From the NCBI RefSeq assembly GCF_028641065.1, contig NC_073403.1, forward strand, positions 13,020,001-13,084,000: a stretch of 64,000 nt of DNA, read 5' to 3'. Below are positions 38,531-50,827 of this stretch, one piece after another. The notes beneath the pieces are model-generated. The model was given only the letters and a program-made list of their open reading frames with translations. It had not been told where the DNA came from and ran no database searches. The stretch comes from Leucoraja erinacea (Eukaryota). The stretch's first letter is position 1. Every line of letters begins with the position of its first letter. The translations under genes were made by a program, and so were the position numbers.

Positions 38531-39251
38531 CAAGCAAAGTATGAGCATCCACGTGCTGTATGTTGATCTTATAGACGTGCCATTTTAGTCTTTCCACATT
38601 TGCATCAACTGTCTTCCACATGCATACGCACAAGACAATTTACAATGGCCAATTAACCTGCCGACTTTCATATGTTTCAAATGTAGGAGGAAAATCATGA
38701 GGTGACCTACAGCACCGGATGTCAGGATTGAACCTATGTCACTGGAGCTGTGAAACAGCTGCTGTACGAGACGCACCGTTGTTCTGCCCAGAAGTAGACT
38801 TGATTTATGTCTTTATTCTCTGTGTCCTGTATCAAGGTGAAATCAAATTATTTCCCTTTTTACTACTTTTTATTACTAATTATTTCCTTTTTACTACTCC
38901 CACCAACCTTCTAAAATGTTTTAGCTAAGCCTTACGTATTTCACCAATCTCAATTAGCATCATTTCCTTTTGAAGTACTTCAGATCTTAATTTCAGTTCT
39001 TTCATTCACAGATGTAGGAATGAAGGAGGTCATTCAATTTTTAAATTTGTTCCGCATTTAAATCAGTTTTGTGGCTGATTTTTTAATTTTTGATTTGATC
39101 TACCCAGACTGGTCTCTTAAACCTTAATTGGCTTGCTGAACAAAAGCATTATTTTTGTTTCAGGTCTGAGATATGATTTTCAAAGGCTTCAATCGATCAA
39201 AGTCTGTGCTCAGCAGGCAGATTGAAGTAGGCTCAAAATGCTGGAGTAACT

Positions 39252-39548
39252 GGGTGGCACATAGGCACAGTTACAGCCTGACAACGCCAGAGACCCAGGT
39301 TCGACCCCGACTACGGGTAGTCTGTACGAAGTTTGTACGTTCTCTCCGTGACCTGCATGGATTTTCTCCAGGAGCTTCAATTTCCTTGCATACTCCAAAG
39401 GTTTGTAGACTAATTTTCTTGGTAAAATTGTAAATTGCCCCAAGTGTGTGTAGGATAGTGTTAGTGTGGGGGATTGCAGGTCAGCACAGACTCATTGGGC
39501 CGAAGGGCCTTTTTCCACGCTATATCACTAAACTAAACTAAACTAAAC
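39252..39548 (+). mobile_element. tRNA-derived SINE inserted into a PLE terminal repeat (39233-39600)
   Basis: caaaatgctggagtaact | SINE with ggttcgacc B box and (ctaaa)4 tail | cagcagggcaggcagcatctctgg. Confidence 0.8.
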
Positions 39549-41555
39549 TCAGCAGGGCAGGCAGCATCTCTGGGGAAAAAGTATGGGTGACGTTTTGGGC
39601 TTTGAAGTAGACGGTGAATTTCATCCTCAGAGTCTAACTGTAACAATAGGTGGCTCAGACACTGGGAAATATTGCATACTTTGTAGTGACTTGCCAACAC
39701 CCTGCTGTTAACATCTAGCTATCCCTAAGTAATTTACCATTCACTGGGCAGGCTGAGCCATTTCCCCCACTGTTGCCATCATGAAGTTGAGCTGGTTTTT
39801 GATGAAGTTGAACTGTGAGACTGTGGCCATTGAGCTGAAGAATCTGTGTGGGGCTATGACTGGAGTGGCTGTTAGTACAAAGACTCACCTGCAGAGAAGA
39901 TGAACATATCTTATTTTGTTTTCTCAGACATCGTACCATTGAACACAATGTTGAGCTTCAAGTCACAGCAAACAAACATGAAGTACAGTAGTTGTCCTCT
40001 TGAGAACAGTTTAGAACCATGGCAGATGAACGACACACCAAGCCAATGATGTTCTTTTCAACTTTATGGAGTCAGGTGCAGATGATGTTTGCAAAAAGGA
40101 TTTTTTATTCAAATATTTCTGCGCTACTTTTCGTCTTTAATAAAGTCAGTTTACATCATGCTAATAATCTGCCTATCTCTGGGTTTAAAATTTAAACTGA
40201 CCCCTACCTGAGGAATCACTGTTCTTGATTCTCAACGCTCTTTTGGTGACAATTTGTTTCCTGGTTTCTCAACCAGCCCAAGTCTCATTTAAAATGTATC
40301 TCTCCCTGTTCTGGATTCCCTCACCAAAGGAAATACAGTAGGTTCCCCATATATCACCTCAAACTCCAGAGTGACCAAGCCAAATGTATACAATCTTTAT
40401 TTAACCATTGTCCCCATTGGGTAGGAATCAATATACATAATGAAGAGAGCGCGGGCTGAACCTGCCAGTGTGATTGATAAGGCAAAACAAGCCATTGCTT
40501 TTGCTAGAAATAACTTTATTTCAACAATCCAGGAGCATTACATAATACCACCTACGATCTTATGTGGTGCATATAACAGCTGCTGCAGGTCTTGAATTTT
40601 AACAGGGCTCCCCTAGGTAGCTTAATCCTAGTGAGGAACCTGATATTAAATCTGATCCCAGAAGATCTCTGTAGGCCAAGGTCTAAGTGCTGGTAAATGA
40701 GATTGGCATAGGTAGATAGCATAGACATGGTGGGCCAAAGGGCATGGTTCTGGTTTATATGACACTATAACTCGTAGAACTGGAGTGCTTAACCCAATTA
40801 CACTTTTGTGGGGATAAACTGCGTCCCACGTGGTTTTTCCACTCGTGTTGCAGAAATTGGGAGTTCCTATCCAATATTTGTGTTCAGCTGGAGCACCCTA
40901 TTCTTGAGAAGAACCAGCAGCTGATGTGCTCTCTTATTCCGACTTAATGACCAGCAGGTTGCAGCACCTCGTAAAGGGGCAGCTCCAACGAGTTAGCACT
41001 CCTGACTGGAGCCTCCGCCAGTGGAATACGGAGAGAAGAAACACAAACACCAAGGAGCTGATTCTCGGACAAATGTGCTCACTACTGCGAAAATGAATTT
41101 AAAAATAATCTCTTGCACAGAAAGCCATTGTGGTGAAAGCCACACATCGCCCCCTATACCGTCAATAAATACCCAGCAATTAATTAGTGCCTTTCCATAT
41201 GGCTTAGCATGTAAACAAGGTGCAGGTGAGCCCTTCGATTCTCATTTCACTATTTTCAGTAGCCTTTTCTAGCCATTCCTGATGGCTTCTGTCAGTTTCT
41301 GGTGAAGTGAACTGCAGTTAATTAAGGTCGGGTATTCTTTTGAAATTTTAAAAGCCTGCGGGATTTCTGAGATATTGAGTGTTGAATACTCAGCATAGTT
41401 CTGTAAAGGCCCTCTACCTCATCCAACTACTCTATTAAGGACTTTAAATTGCTATCGTCTAATGGGTGGTAAAATCATATAACTTCAGCCTACAGAAGAA
41501 ATTGAGGAGGAAACAAGTCCAGAGAAATGAATGCAATCAGCCATGAAAGAATCTT

Positions 41556-41806
41556 GAAGATAGACACAAAATGCCGGAGTAACTCAACGGATCATGCAGC
41601 ATCTCTGGAGAGAAGGAATAGGTGACATTTCAGGTCGAGACCCTTCATCAGACTCAGACTTCATCAGACCTTGAGTCTGATGAAGGGTCTCGGCCCAAAA
41701 TGTCACCTATTCCTTCTCCCCAGAGATGCTGCCTGACCCGCTGAGTTACTCCAGCATTTTGTGTCTATCTTCGGTGCAAACCAGCATCTGCAGTTCCTTC
41801 TTGCAC
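41556..41806. mobile_element. Palindromic PLE terminal-repeat insertion
   Basis: About 100-bp inverted arms around ...cttcatcagactcagacttcatcagaccttgagtctgatgaag..., with a CTGATGA core on both strands. Confidence 0.8.
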
Positions 41807-42152
41807 ATCAAAGTAGCTTGTTTTATTTCTGCTTCACCACTGCACAATCGCCACCTGTCTGTAATAAATTCTTCCTGGTCAGCACAATACCAAGTCTGCC
41901 ATCCAGGGACTGTACTTCTGAGATCTGACAAAGCCACTGTCCCTTTCCACAGGCGTGGCCTGACCTACTGAGTATTTCATGAGTTTCCTATTTTTGTTTC
42001 AGGTTTGTGCCATTTGCAGTATATGGTGATTTCAATCTAATTACTCCCATGATAGTTGGATATACATCTGGGACCTTTGGTGGGTGGCCGAATGGAATCT
42101 GTTTCTTTTTCTCTCCCAGTGATGCTCATGGGAAGGAATGGGTAGAAAGTAA

Positions 42153-42675
42153 TACAGGCACATTACCGATTTTCTGGAAACTGATGGTCCAGTACCTCCT
42201 TTAATCCAGACAAAATTATGAGAACATACTTGAAATCTACCCCAGAAGTCTCCCCAAAATGTCGCACCTTGGCCCGGATGAGACAGCCAATCTCTACCTC
42301 ATCGGGGCTTCGGTGGCTGAACTTAGTGTAAGTGGCCAATGGTGTTGCCAACTCGGTAGTGTAGGTGTTTGGAAGACGCTGTTAAAACGTGCCTAGGCCC
42401 GGCGAGGCCGCCTATCTCTACCTGGAATCGTGCGTCTGTCCTCTAGAATTGTGAGCCGGCCGGGAAAGCGGCGACTGCAACCCGCGGGCGGCCGCTGATC
42501 TGACCCACATCAAGGTTTCCGAGGTCAACTCAATAACCAGAGCCCAGGCTACCTGTGCAAGAAATGCAAGTTTAGCTGTAAATTTAATTTACAGTGTACA
42601 TTTAATATTTGTTTTCTTGACGTTTCTAGTAGTCCATGGTGTTGTAGAGACATGGGAGGACCAAAGTCAGGACCA
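42153..42675. mobile_element. Possible Tc1/mariner-Tigger-like MITE remnant with CpG-rich interior
   Basis: Starts ta-caggcacattaccgatttctggaaa and has a CpG-rich interior. No clear right TIR was found. Confidence 0.3.
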
Positions 42676-42771
42676 AATAAAAATAATGGCTCACTGACCT
42701 CTGAAGATTCACCTTATCTGATACAGTCATAACCAAGAGGAATTAACTTCATCACAAGCGGCTTGGCCATT

Positions 42772-43390
42772 TAATAATAATAATAATAAATAATAAATAC
42801 TTTATTAATCCCCTTATTCAGGGGAAATTCAGATGTCCTTGCAGCACACTAATAAAAATACAACATAGCATTCAAGAAGTTTAACATTAAAACATAAAAA
42901 CATCCCCCCACAGTGGGAACCACTGTGGGGGAAGGCACAAAGTCCAGTCCCCATCCTCTTGTCCACTCAGAGTCGGGCCTATTGAGGCCTCCACAGTCGC
43001 CGTTACGGGGCCCGATGTTCCCGGCCGTTCTCGCCGGGTGATGGTACTCCGGCGTCGGGAGAACCCTCAGCAGCTTGGGGTGCCAGGAACGGCCGCCTTC
43101 TTACCGGAGACCGTGGCTTCCAAGTCAACAGACCGCGCTGGACGGAGCTTCACACACTGGCGATCTCGGCGAGAGATCCCAGGCTCCGGGATGTAAAGTT
43201 CAGTGCCGCAGCTGGCCGCTCCACAGAACCGCCGCTCCACGATGTTTTTATCGGTGGTCCCAGCATACTGGAGTTCCAGCACGGCGACTCAGGCAAGGCA
43301 TCGCCCGCTCCGCGATAGCGCTCCAGCGCTGCCGCAGCCAAAGCCGAGGTTCTGGCCAGGTCCCCTCAGGAAACGTCGCTCCAGGACTTA
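42772..43390 (-). mobile_element. CpG-rich non-autonomous retroposon with (TAT)n tail
   Basis: (aat)n microsatellite and AATAAA on the minus strand, an internal 12-bp hairpin at ~42905-42931, and a CpG-rich body that explains the ORFs at 43067-43469. Confidence 0.6.
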
Positions 43391-44037
43391 AAACGTAGAA
43401 ATGATATGTCAAAGAGGGTGATGAATCTCTGGAATTCTCTCCCCCAGAGAATTGTAAAGGCTCGATCATTGGAAGTATTTAAAGTGGATGTACTTAAAGA
43501 TTTGAAAATGAGGTGATTGAGGGCTATGGGGAACTGGTGCAGAGAATAAGGGGGATCATATTCAATGGTCTGTATCAGAATGAATCAGAATGGTTCTGAT
43601 ACTCTAGCCACGGGTTATCACTCATTCACTCACTAGATTGCCATTAATTGCTTCAATTATATGGGCAATTATTGGAAACATTAGCTGTTTTCAGGACTGT
43701 AGTGGTTGGTGATATTTAGAGTGAAAACCTGCAGATATTGTGGGTTGATTGAAAAAATAAAGTTGAAAAAAAACATTTCAGACTGAGAAACCTCTGCTTC
43801 GAGAGCAGATGTGGAGATGGTACTGGACTTGAATCCCAAACACTCCCCTTACCGCACCCACTCCCTCCACCCCACACGCACTTCCCCCATCAGACACACT
43901 CCCGTCCTTTCCACATGTGTATCGACTTCCTCCGCAGCCACGTAAATCCTTCTACATTCCCCCACCCCTGAGCCCTTCCTCCTTCCCAGAAGAATTGGAG
44001 AGGAGGAGAGAACAGAACTCTCCTCTATCCCCCAGTC

Positions 44038-44409
44038 CAGGTGTGGGGAACCTGCGGCGTTAAGGCCACATGCAGCTTTCTAGGCCATTAAATGCGGCCT
44101 TTTGAATGAATCCAAGTTTTGTAGAACAAATCCTTTTATTTTTATTAATATGTTTTTGTTCGTCTTTTATTATTTTAATTTTCATTTTAAAATGAACTTA
44201 TTTAAAATACCAAAGAGTAAAAGAAGATTCAACGAAACAATCCTCCCCGACTAATGGGCACAACTAAAACATTAGTAAGTCATGAGGGCTATTTTAACAA
44301 AATATTGTACATTTTGAAGTATATCTAATTGAAGTTTCTTGGATGCGGCCTTATTAGATTACAGTTAACTTAATGCGGCATTTCAACATGAAAAGGTTCC
44401 CCATCCCTG
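44038..44409 (+). mobile_element. 372-bp hAT MITE, same family as 3019-4295, opposite orientation
   Basis: Termini caggtgtggggaacct ... aggttccccatccctg and an 8-bp TSD ccccagtc/ccccagtt (44030-44037, 44410-44417). Confidence 0.88.
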
Positions 44410-44769
44410 CCCCAGTTCTCCACCTCTCTTTGAATACCTTCCCTCTCTCCACCATCTCCATGCCTCACCCAGATCTCCCACTGTCCATCTCATGCTAATC
44501 AGTGCTTCACAAGTGAGTGCTGGATAGGGAGCAGATCCTATATTAAAAACACAATTACCCATAACATCACCAAAACTGCTTTCCATGCGTGAAGTTAAGT
44601 TTACAGCACTGGAGGTAGAAATGAAATGTGGGCAGACCTGCTTGATAAGCCTGGGCCGATTTTGGAAGTGGTGTGGGGAAAAAGGAGAATACTTCCACAG
44701 GCTGTGAGATTCATGATGACCGAGAAGATTGCTTTCCTTCTGAGGCAATTCCCCATGATGGTCGGAGAT

Positions 44770-45460
44770 TAGATTCCAGCTTTATAGGACTTTGTTTAGG
44801 CCACATTTGGAGTATTGCTGATAGACACAAAATGCAGGAGCAACTCAGCGGTACAGGCAGCATCTCAGGAAAGAAGGAATGGGTGACGTTTCGGGTCAAG
44901 ATCCTTCTTCAGACTAGTCTCCAGCATCTTGTGTCTATCATCCGTTTAAACCAGCACCTGCAGTTCCTTCCTACACATTGGTAGTATTGCATGCAGTTCT
45001 GGGCCACAGGGTTACAGGGTTACAGGAAGGCTATGGAAAGAGTGCAGATGTTTACCAGAATGATACCTGGATTAGGAGTTATTAGTTTTAGGGAGAGACT
45101 GGACAAACTTGGATTGTTTACTCTGGAACACCAAAATGGGGATGGGGATGGGGAAGGGGGCGGAGGGGAGGGGAGAGAAATCAAATACTAGAGGGCATAG
45201 CTTTAAGGTGAGAGGGACAAAGTTTAAAAGAGATATGCAGGGCAATTGTCTTTTAAACACAAAGAGGATAGCTAGTGTTTGGAACACTGCCAGGATTGGT
45301 GGTTGAGGCAGATACAATAGTGTCATTTAAGAGACTTTTAGATATGCATATGGATATGCAGGGAATTCAGTTATATGGATTATATGCATAGTGATAAGAG
45401 ATGATGTTTGACACGGACATTGTGGGCCAAATGACTTGTTCTTGTGCTGTCCTGTTCCAT
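44770..45460 (+). mobile_element. Older CR1 3' fragment with palindromic PLE insert at ~44820-44975
   Basis: RPHLEYC | insert | MQFW..ERVQ..FTRMIPGL..ERLDKLGLF..NTRGHSFKVRG. The flanks repeat acatt.g.agtattgc. Confidence 0.75.
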
Positions 45461-45499
45461 ATTCTCTACAACACACATCTATTCTCTTAAAGGAGAAGA

Positions 45500-45662
45500 A
45501 GGTTAGAGCGGTTCAGAAGGCTTCAGGGGTGTTCAGAATGGTTTTGATGGGATTGGCAGGATTCAGAGGTGTTTAGAGGGGGTTCAGACCGGTTCAGATG
45601 GATTTGGAGCGGTTCAGAGGGATTTACAGGGGTTTAAACGGGTTCAGAGGGGTTTAGAGGGA
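45500..45662. repeat. Degenerate ~10-bp tandem array (ggttcagagg-like)
   Basis: Recurrent ggttcaga/gtttagag at about 10-nt spacing. Confidence 0.7.
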
Positions 45663-45664
45663 GT

Positions 45665-45942
45665 CTGGTGCGAAAACTGTGATCCTGGTGCGAAAACTGC
45701 GAGCGTTCCGCAAAAAAAGTGTGAACCTGGTGCGAAAAGTCGAGCCGTCTGCGAAAAATGCCAGCCTGATACGAAAAGTGCGAGCTTTTGCGAAAATTGC
45801 GAGCCTCGTGTTACATTTGCGAGACTGGTGCAAAAAGTGCGAGCCTGGTGCAAAAAGTGCGAGCCTGCCTCGAAAGCTGCGAACCTCGTCTACAAACTAC
45901 GAGCCGGGCGCACAAGCTGCGAGCCCAGTGCAAAACGAGCAA
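45665..45942. repeat. ~20-bp CpG-rich tandem array (gcgagcctggtgcaaaaagt), about 14 diverged units
   Basis: Visible periodicity; explains ORFs 45644-45853 and 45679-46005. Confidence 0.85.
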
Positions 45943-45950
45943 GTCTCAGT

Positions 45951-46176
45951 AAATGGGGAATTAGGGGAGGGCACTAATAAATGGGGAATTAGGGGAGGGC
46001 ACTAATAAATGGGGAATTAGGGGAGGGCACTAATAAATGGGGAATTAGGGGAGGGCACTAATAAATGGGGAATTAGGGAGCGCAGCATTAAATGGTGAAT
46101 CAGGGGAGGATACCATTAAATTGGGATTTAGGGGATGGCACCAGTAAATCAGGAATTAGGGGAGGGCGCCAGTAAA
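45951..46176. repeat. 28-bp G-rich minisatellite (aaatggggaattaggggagggcactaat)
   Basis: Unit starts at 45951, 45979, 46007, 46035 and 46063; four identical units are followed by diverged ones. Confidence 0.92.
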
Positions 46177-46201
46177 CAGTGGCACAGCTGCCTCACGTTC
46201 A

Positions 46202-46386
46202 GATTTAAGAGAGAGTTAGATATGGCCCTTGTGGCTAAAGAGATCAGTGGGTATGGAGAGAAGGCAGGTACAGGATACTGAGTTGGAAGATCAGCCATGA
46301 TCAAATTGAATGGCGGTGCCGGCTCGAAGGGCCGAATGGCCTACTCCTGCACCTATTTTCTATGTTTCTATGTTTCTATCTTTCTA
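46202..46386 (+). mobile_element. CR1 3' tail
   Basis: atttaagagagagttagat...ctattttctatgtttctatgtttctat. Confidence 0.9.
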
Positions 46387-47827
46387 AGAATGTGGGACTA
46401 CCTCACCACTGCATCCTCATGAAGAAATCCATGACCAACAAATCAACCAACATTTCCAGTTGTTAAAGAATATGCAATATTAATGAAATCACATTACACA
46501 TCCGGGTGCATATTTTCCAGGAAGTTCCCCAACAAGTCGACAGTGAGGAATAATGCATTATCAAGTGGCCAAAACAGTGAAGAGAATTCATGGTTAATCA
46601 GGTACAGATTAAAATCCAAGCCTTCAGAAGGCCAATAAGCAGAGGGGTAGAATCACCGCACGTTCAAGAAATAACATTGCTGATAATCAGACAGCTGTGG
46701 AAACATTTTGCATAAGAAACTGAAGTACATCCTTGGCCTGATCCCAATGCACTGAGGGGATCTGGCATACCTGTTGATGCAAGCAGCAGCTAACCAGGAC
46801 GTAATTATTCTCGAGTAATTGCTAATGAATTCTCCAAATATGTTTTTCACTCTCCCTTCTAGTCTGAATAAATTGGGATGGAGTCTCCTGGATTAACAAG
46901 GAGTCTCCTGAGTGCTTAGCCATATTTTGCAATATTCATATCTGACTAGTGTTGAAACTAATGTGAACGTTGAACGTTTCCACTAGCTAACAAAATGTTC
47001 ATATCCATTGTCTGCAAGACAATCATTTGACTTTGCAATGTAAAACTACAATGGCAGCTCCAACAACTCCACAGTGGCTTGGGTCTTTCTGCTCAGCTAT
47101 TGTGCAATCTACTCAATCAGTACTGTCAGTCAGATCTATCAAACCCAAACGCCTCACAATCAGACGAGTGAATTGTTTATAGCCTACTGTGAATTCTTAA
47201 TCGACCAGAGCTCAGGCACACCTTTGGAATGTGATTAAATGGAAGACGAAAAGACAACTAAAATAAATGACCAGAATTCCAAGTTGAAACGGTTCAGCGG
47301 AAAACCTGCATTAATTGAATCAGATACTAAACGCTTCATTGCAGATACACCAAAGTGATATCCAAGTAAAGAGATTATGTTATGATGTCAGATTGTATAA
47401 CGAAATATTGAATTTCCTTGATTTTAGGAGATTAAAGGTGACCCATTTTAAAAATACTTATTTATTTAATTTGCAGATGTGAGTGTCACCTACAGGTCCA
47501 GCCAGTATTCATTGTTTATCTCCAATTAATCTCAAGGTTATGGAGAGCTGCCTTCGTGCATTAAACATTTTCGAGGATTAAGTGTTTATGAATGATTGAA
47601 GCATGTGACAGGATAGAAAATGACCAAGTGGGTTTTCCACAGGTGCTCCGGTTTCCTTCCACACTCCAAGGACATACAGGTTTGTAAATTAATTGACTTC
47701 GGTCTGGGTTGCGAATTGTCCCGCGCGTGTAGGATAATGTTAGTGTACGGGGATCGATGTTCGGCGCGAATGCAGTGGGCCGACGGGCTGTATCTCTACA
47801 CTAAACTCAACTGTAAACATATGATGT

Positions 47828-47922
47828 TTGGGTTTAAGAAGGAACTGCAGATTCTGGAAAATCGAAGGTACACAAAAATGCTGGAGAAACTCAGCGCTTC
47901 GCTCCATAGATGCTGCTGCACC
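47828..47922. mobile_element. Collapsed palindromic PLE insertion, preceded by a 5'-truncated tRNA-SINE (~47628-47808)
   Basis: 17-bp TSD ctgtaaacatatgatgt at 47811-47827 and 47923-47939. Confidence 0.8.
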
Positions 47923-50075
47923 CTGTAAACATATGATGTCTTGTTTTCGATTCCCCACCCCAATCAATTCAGCAAGTTTCTGTCTTACGATCAAAGTTGA
48001 CCTTGCCCCAATGCAGGAATTTAACTTGTGGGCTCATCCTGCCCTTATCCATAACTATTTTAAAGCTAATGTAACTGTTGCTGATGGTCCCAGAAGGCAA
48101 GCCCACTGACATTTCAGACACTGGCCCTTCCCAATTTCCCAAAGAGTAAGTCAAGCTTTGGCCCCTTCCTTGTAGGCCCCTCTACGCCTTGCATTAGGAA
48201 ACTTTCCCCAAGCACATTTGACAAATTCCATCCCATCCAAGCCCTTGACACGATGGCAGTTCCAGTCAATATTGGGAAAGTTAAAACCCCCTAATATGAC
48301 AACTTTATTTCCTTCTAATTCCCGTTGACAATTTGGGGGCCATTAAAAGCTTCACACTTACCCTTAACTTGAACCTCCACACAGCCGCTCCTAACAGGCC
48401 ACTCCACTAGACACTGCCTTCCTTTTTATACACCCACTTGGAGCACCTTTTCTTTACGGTCAGCTGCTTTCAGCTGCAAAACTGGATGAATCTTGTTAAC
48501 TGGCTGACTTTCAAAATTCCCACTCTTCCATTCCTGATGGTAGCTGCTCACAGAATATACAGAGAGGCTGACTTTCTGACAACCATGTCTGAGTTATATG
48601 TAGAGGATGTGTACAAACCTGAATCTTCATGAGTTAGAAGGGTAGATATTGTAGGATGAATGCCTCCAATGACCTTTCCCCTTCTCGGCCACTGACAAAG
48701 GACAGAGGTCAGGACTGAGGGGATTGCAGGGAATGGGTTCAGGGAGAAAGAGCATATGATAGAGATGGCCTGAAGAACTGATTGTGGGGAGGAGAGGCCT
48801 CGGACCTTGAATGCGTACCAGTGAAATTAGTGATGTCGACTGGATATGCGTTGACACCAGCGCACATGTCAAGATGTCTCCACATATTAGACTGAGAAAG
48901 TAGAAGAGCAAGTGAAGGACTTTTGTCGTCTGAAAAATGAGCAACAGTATTCTCTGCAAATTGTATCACATTGAATGTATCCACTTATTGCTACCCATAC
49001 AATTTCATGGACATGGCCTTTGTGAATACCTCAATTAAAAGGCAGCACCTTTGGCAATGCAACACTTCTCGAGTGCCAGGCTGCAACAAATATATACGTC
49101 CCATTTAAAGTTTTGAAACTGCTGCCGATATAAATGTTTGGTTAATTAAATTCTGTCAACGGTGTCTGTGTCTTCCTATTAATGATAAAGGAACAAAAGC
49201 GAAAAGCTGACAAATTGATCATTGTGATGGTCCCCAAGGTTGGTCATCTATCCCCGCACCCCAAGCAAAATGCACACATGAACAATTCAGCACATAAGTC
49301 CTGCCAAGAGCTCGTCCTTGTACTGAAGTAAATTAGTATGAAAGGTGTTTGCTTCTCCCCATGACATTATGGTAATTACTTGATGTCAATATCAGGTTTA
49401 AAATTCAGCTGCAAAATTATTTGTGATGTTTGTTGGTTCTTCACAGAGCCACAACTGTGCAGCCTGGCATCACAATTACCTGCACTGCAATCAGCTTGTG
49501 TAACAACAAAATACTCAGGGGTTGAACAAGATTTATTTGCACATTAATTTCCACTTTAGGCAAGGATCTTTGTGGCTTTGAGAACATTTACTTGTGATAT
49601 TTATCAATCAAGTGGAAATCAGCACTCATTATAAGGGCAGCCCAAGATCAACCCTTGCCCTGAGCTCTTTAGAAGCCGGCCTTGTACATTCCTCTGCAGT
49701 AGTTATTTTGGTGTTTTAAAGCAGATTCACAGCTCATTGAAGGCTTCACTCACGGCCATAGGGTCAAACTGCATAAAAAACAGGCCCTTCAGCCCACCAT
49801 GACCATGTTTATTGTATAGGCCTCAACTATACTAACCCCATTTCAGGCACTTTGCCCACAACTTTCTATGCTGTGTTGACTCAAATGCCTATTTACTCAT
49901 CTTTAAATGGTGTGCGAGTACCTATCTCCACATCCCCACCAATTCCCCCCCCCCCCCCCCCCTCTCCCCTTCCCCCCCCCCCCCCCCCCCCCCCCCTCCC
50001 CACACACAACTCAGGGGAAGTGAGGTCTAGATTTCAACTACTCTCTGTTGCACTCCACCCCAGATGACATTCTGG

Positions 50076-50214
50076 TCTTCTTCTTGCGTATGGCGTGCAC
50101 AGCCTAAAGTTGTAGGACAACTTGTTCTATTTGATCTTATTTGATTGTGCACGCCAGGTTGATTGCATTAGTCGAAACCGGGCGGACCACGTGAAGGTTG
50201 CAATCTCCCATCCC
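50076..50214 (-). mobile_element. 139-nt retroposon: 5' HDV-like ribozyme, 3' stem-loop and (AAG)n tail
   Basis: 10-bp TSD gacattctgg (50066-50075, 50215-50224), a second copy at 34952-35085, and a structure read by hand (see findings). Confidence 0.8.
50161..50214 (-). ncRNA. Putative minimal HDV-like self-cleaving ribozyme (54 nt)
   Basis: P1 GGGAUGG/CCGCCCG, P2 GAUUGCA/UGCAAUC, P3 ACC/GGU, L3 UUCACGU, mini-P4 U-UUCG-A and J4/2 CUAA, all in the canonical HDV order. Confidence 0.65.
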
Positions 50215-50827
50215 GACATTCTGGCGAATTTCCTCTACACCCTCTCCACTGCTATCATGTAGGAATCAAAACTCTATGATATTGGCCTGGCCAATATTTA
50301 AAAAAAGATGCACCATCACCTCCCTGCTCATATATTCTATGTCCTGGTTAATGAAGCAAAGTATCCCATATGACATCATCTTCAGTTTATCTTGCTGTGC
50401 TGCTACCTTCATGGATCTACAGACCTGTATACCAAGGTCGACTAAAAGTGATGGAGAAACTCAGCGAGTGAGGCAGCATCCATGGATGGAAGGAATAGGT
50501 GATGTTTCAGGTCAAGACGCTTCTTCAGACTGAGGTCCCTCTGTTCCTCATTACCCTCTCACTCTCTTCCATTGATTGTGTATTTCATGGCCTATGCCTG
50601 AATATTGTTCAGCTCTTGCTGTCTGCACACAAGGAGTTATAAATTGAGGTAATTATGGTGCAATTATCAGCAAATTATTTTCAAGGCTTGATAATAGGAA
50701 GATCACTGATGAAACAGCTGGTCATGGTTGTGCTTGGGTGGTTGATGGTCAGTATGGATTTGATGGGACAAAGGAGCCCATCGGGATCTCTCTGTGACTT
50801 GGTGATTCTATACTAGAGAGATTAGGT

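Noticed and set aside
39928-40050. Possible + strand terminal exon after ttttgttttctcag
   Set aside because: No frame gives a recognisable protein and no upstream exons were identified.
42422-42552. Possible minus-strand exon (acceptor tttcttgcacag) in a CpG-rich patch
   Set aside because: The donor is weak, the peptide is unrecognisable, and the patch looks like a transposon interior.
45665-46176. CRISPR-like appearance of regularly spaced repeats
   Set aside because: The repeats are contiguous tandem units with no unique spacers, in eukaryotic context and with no cas genes.
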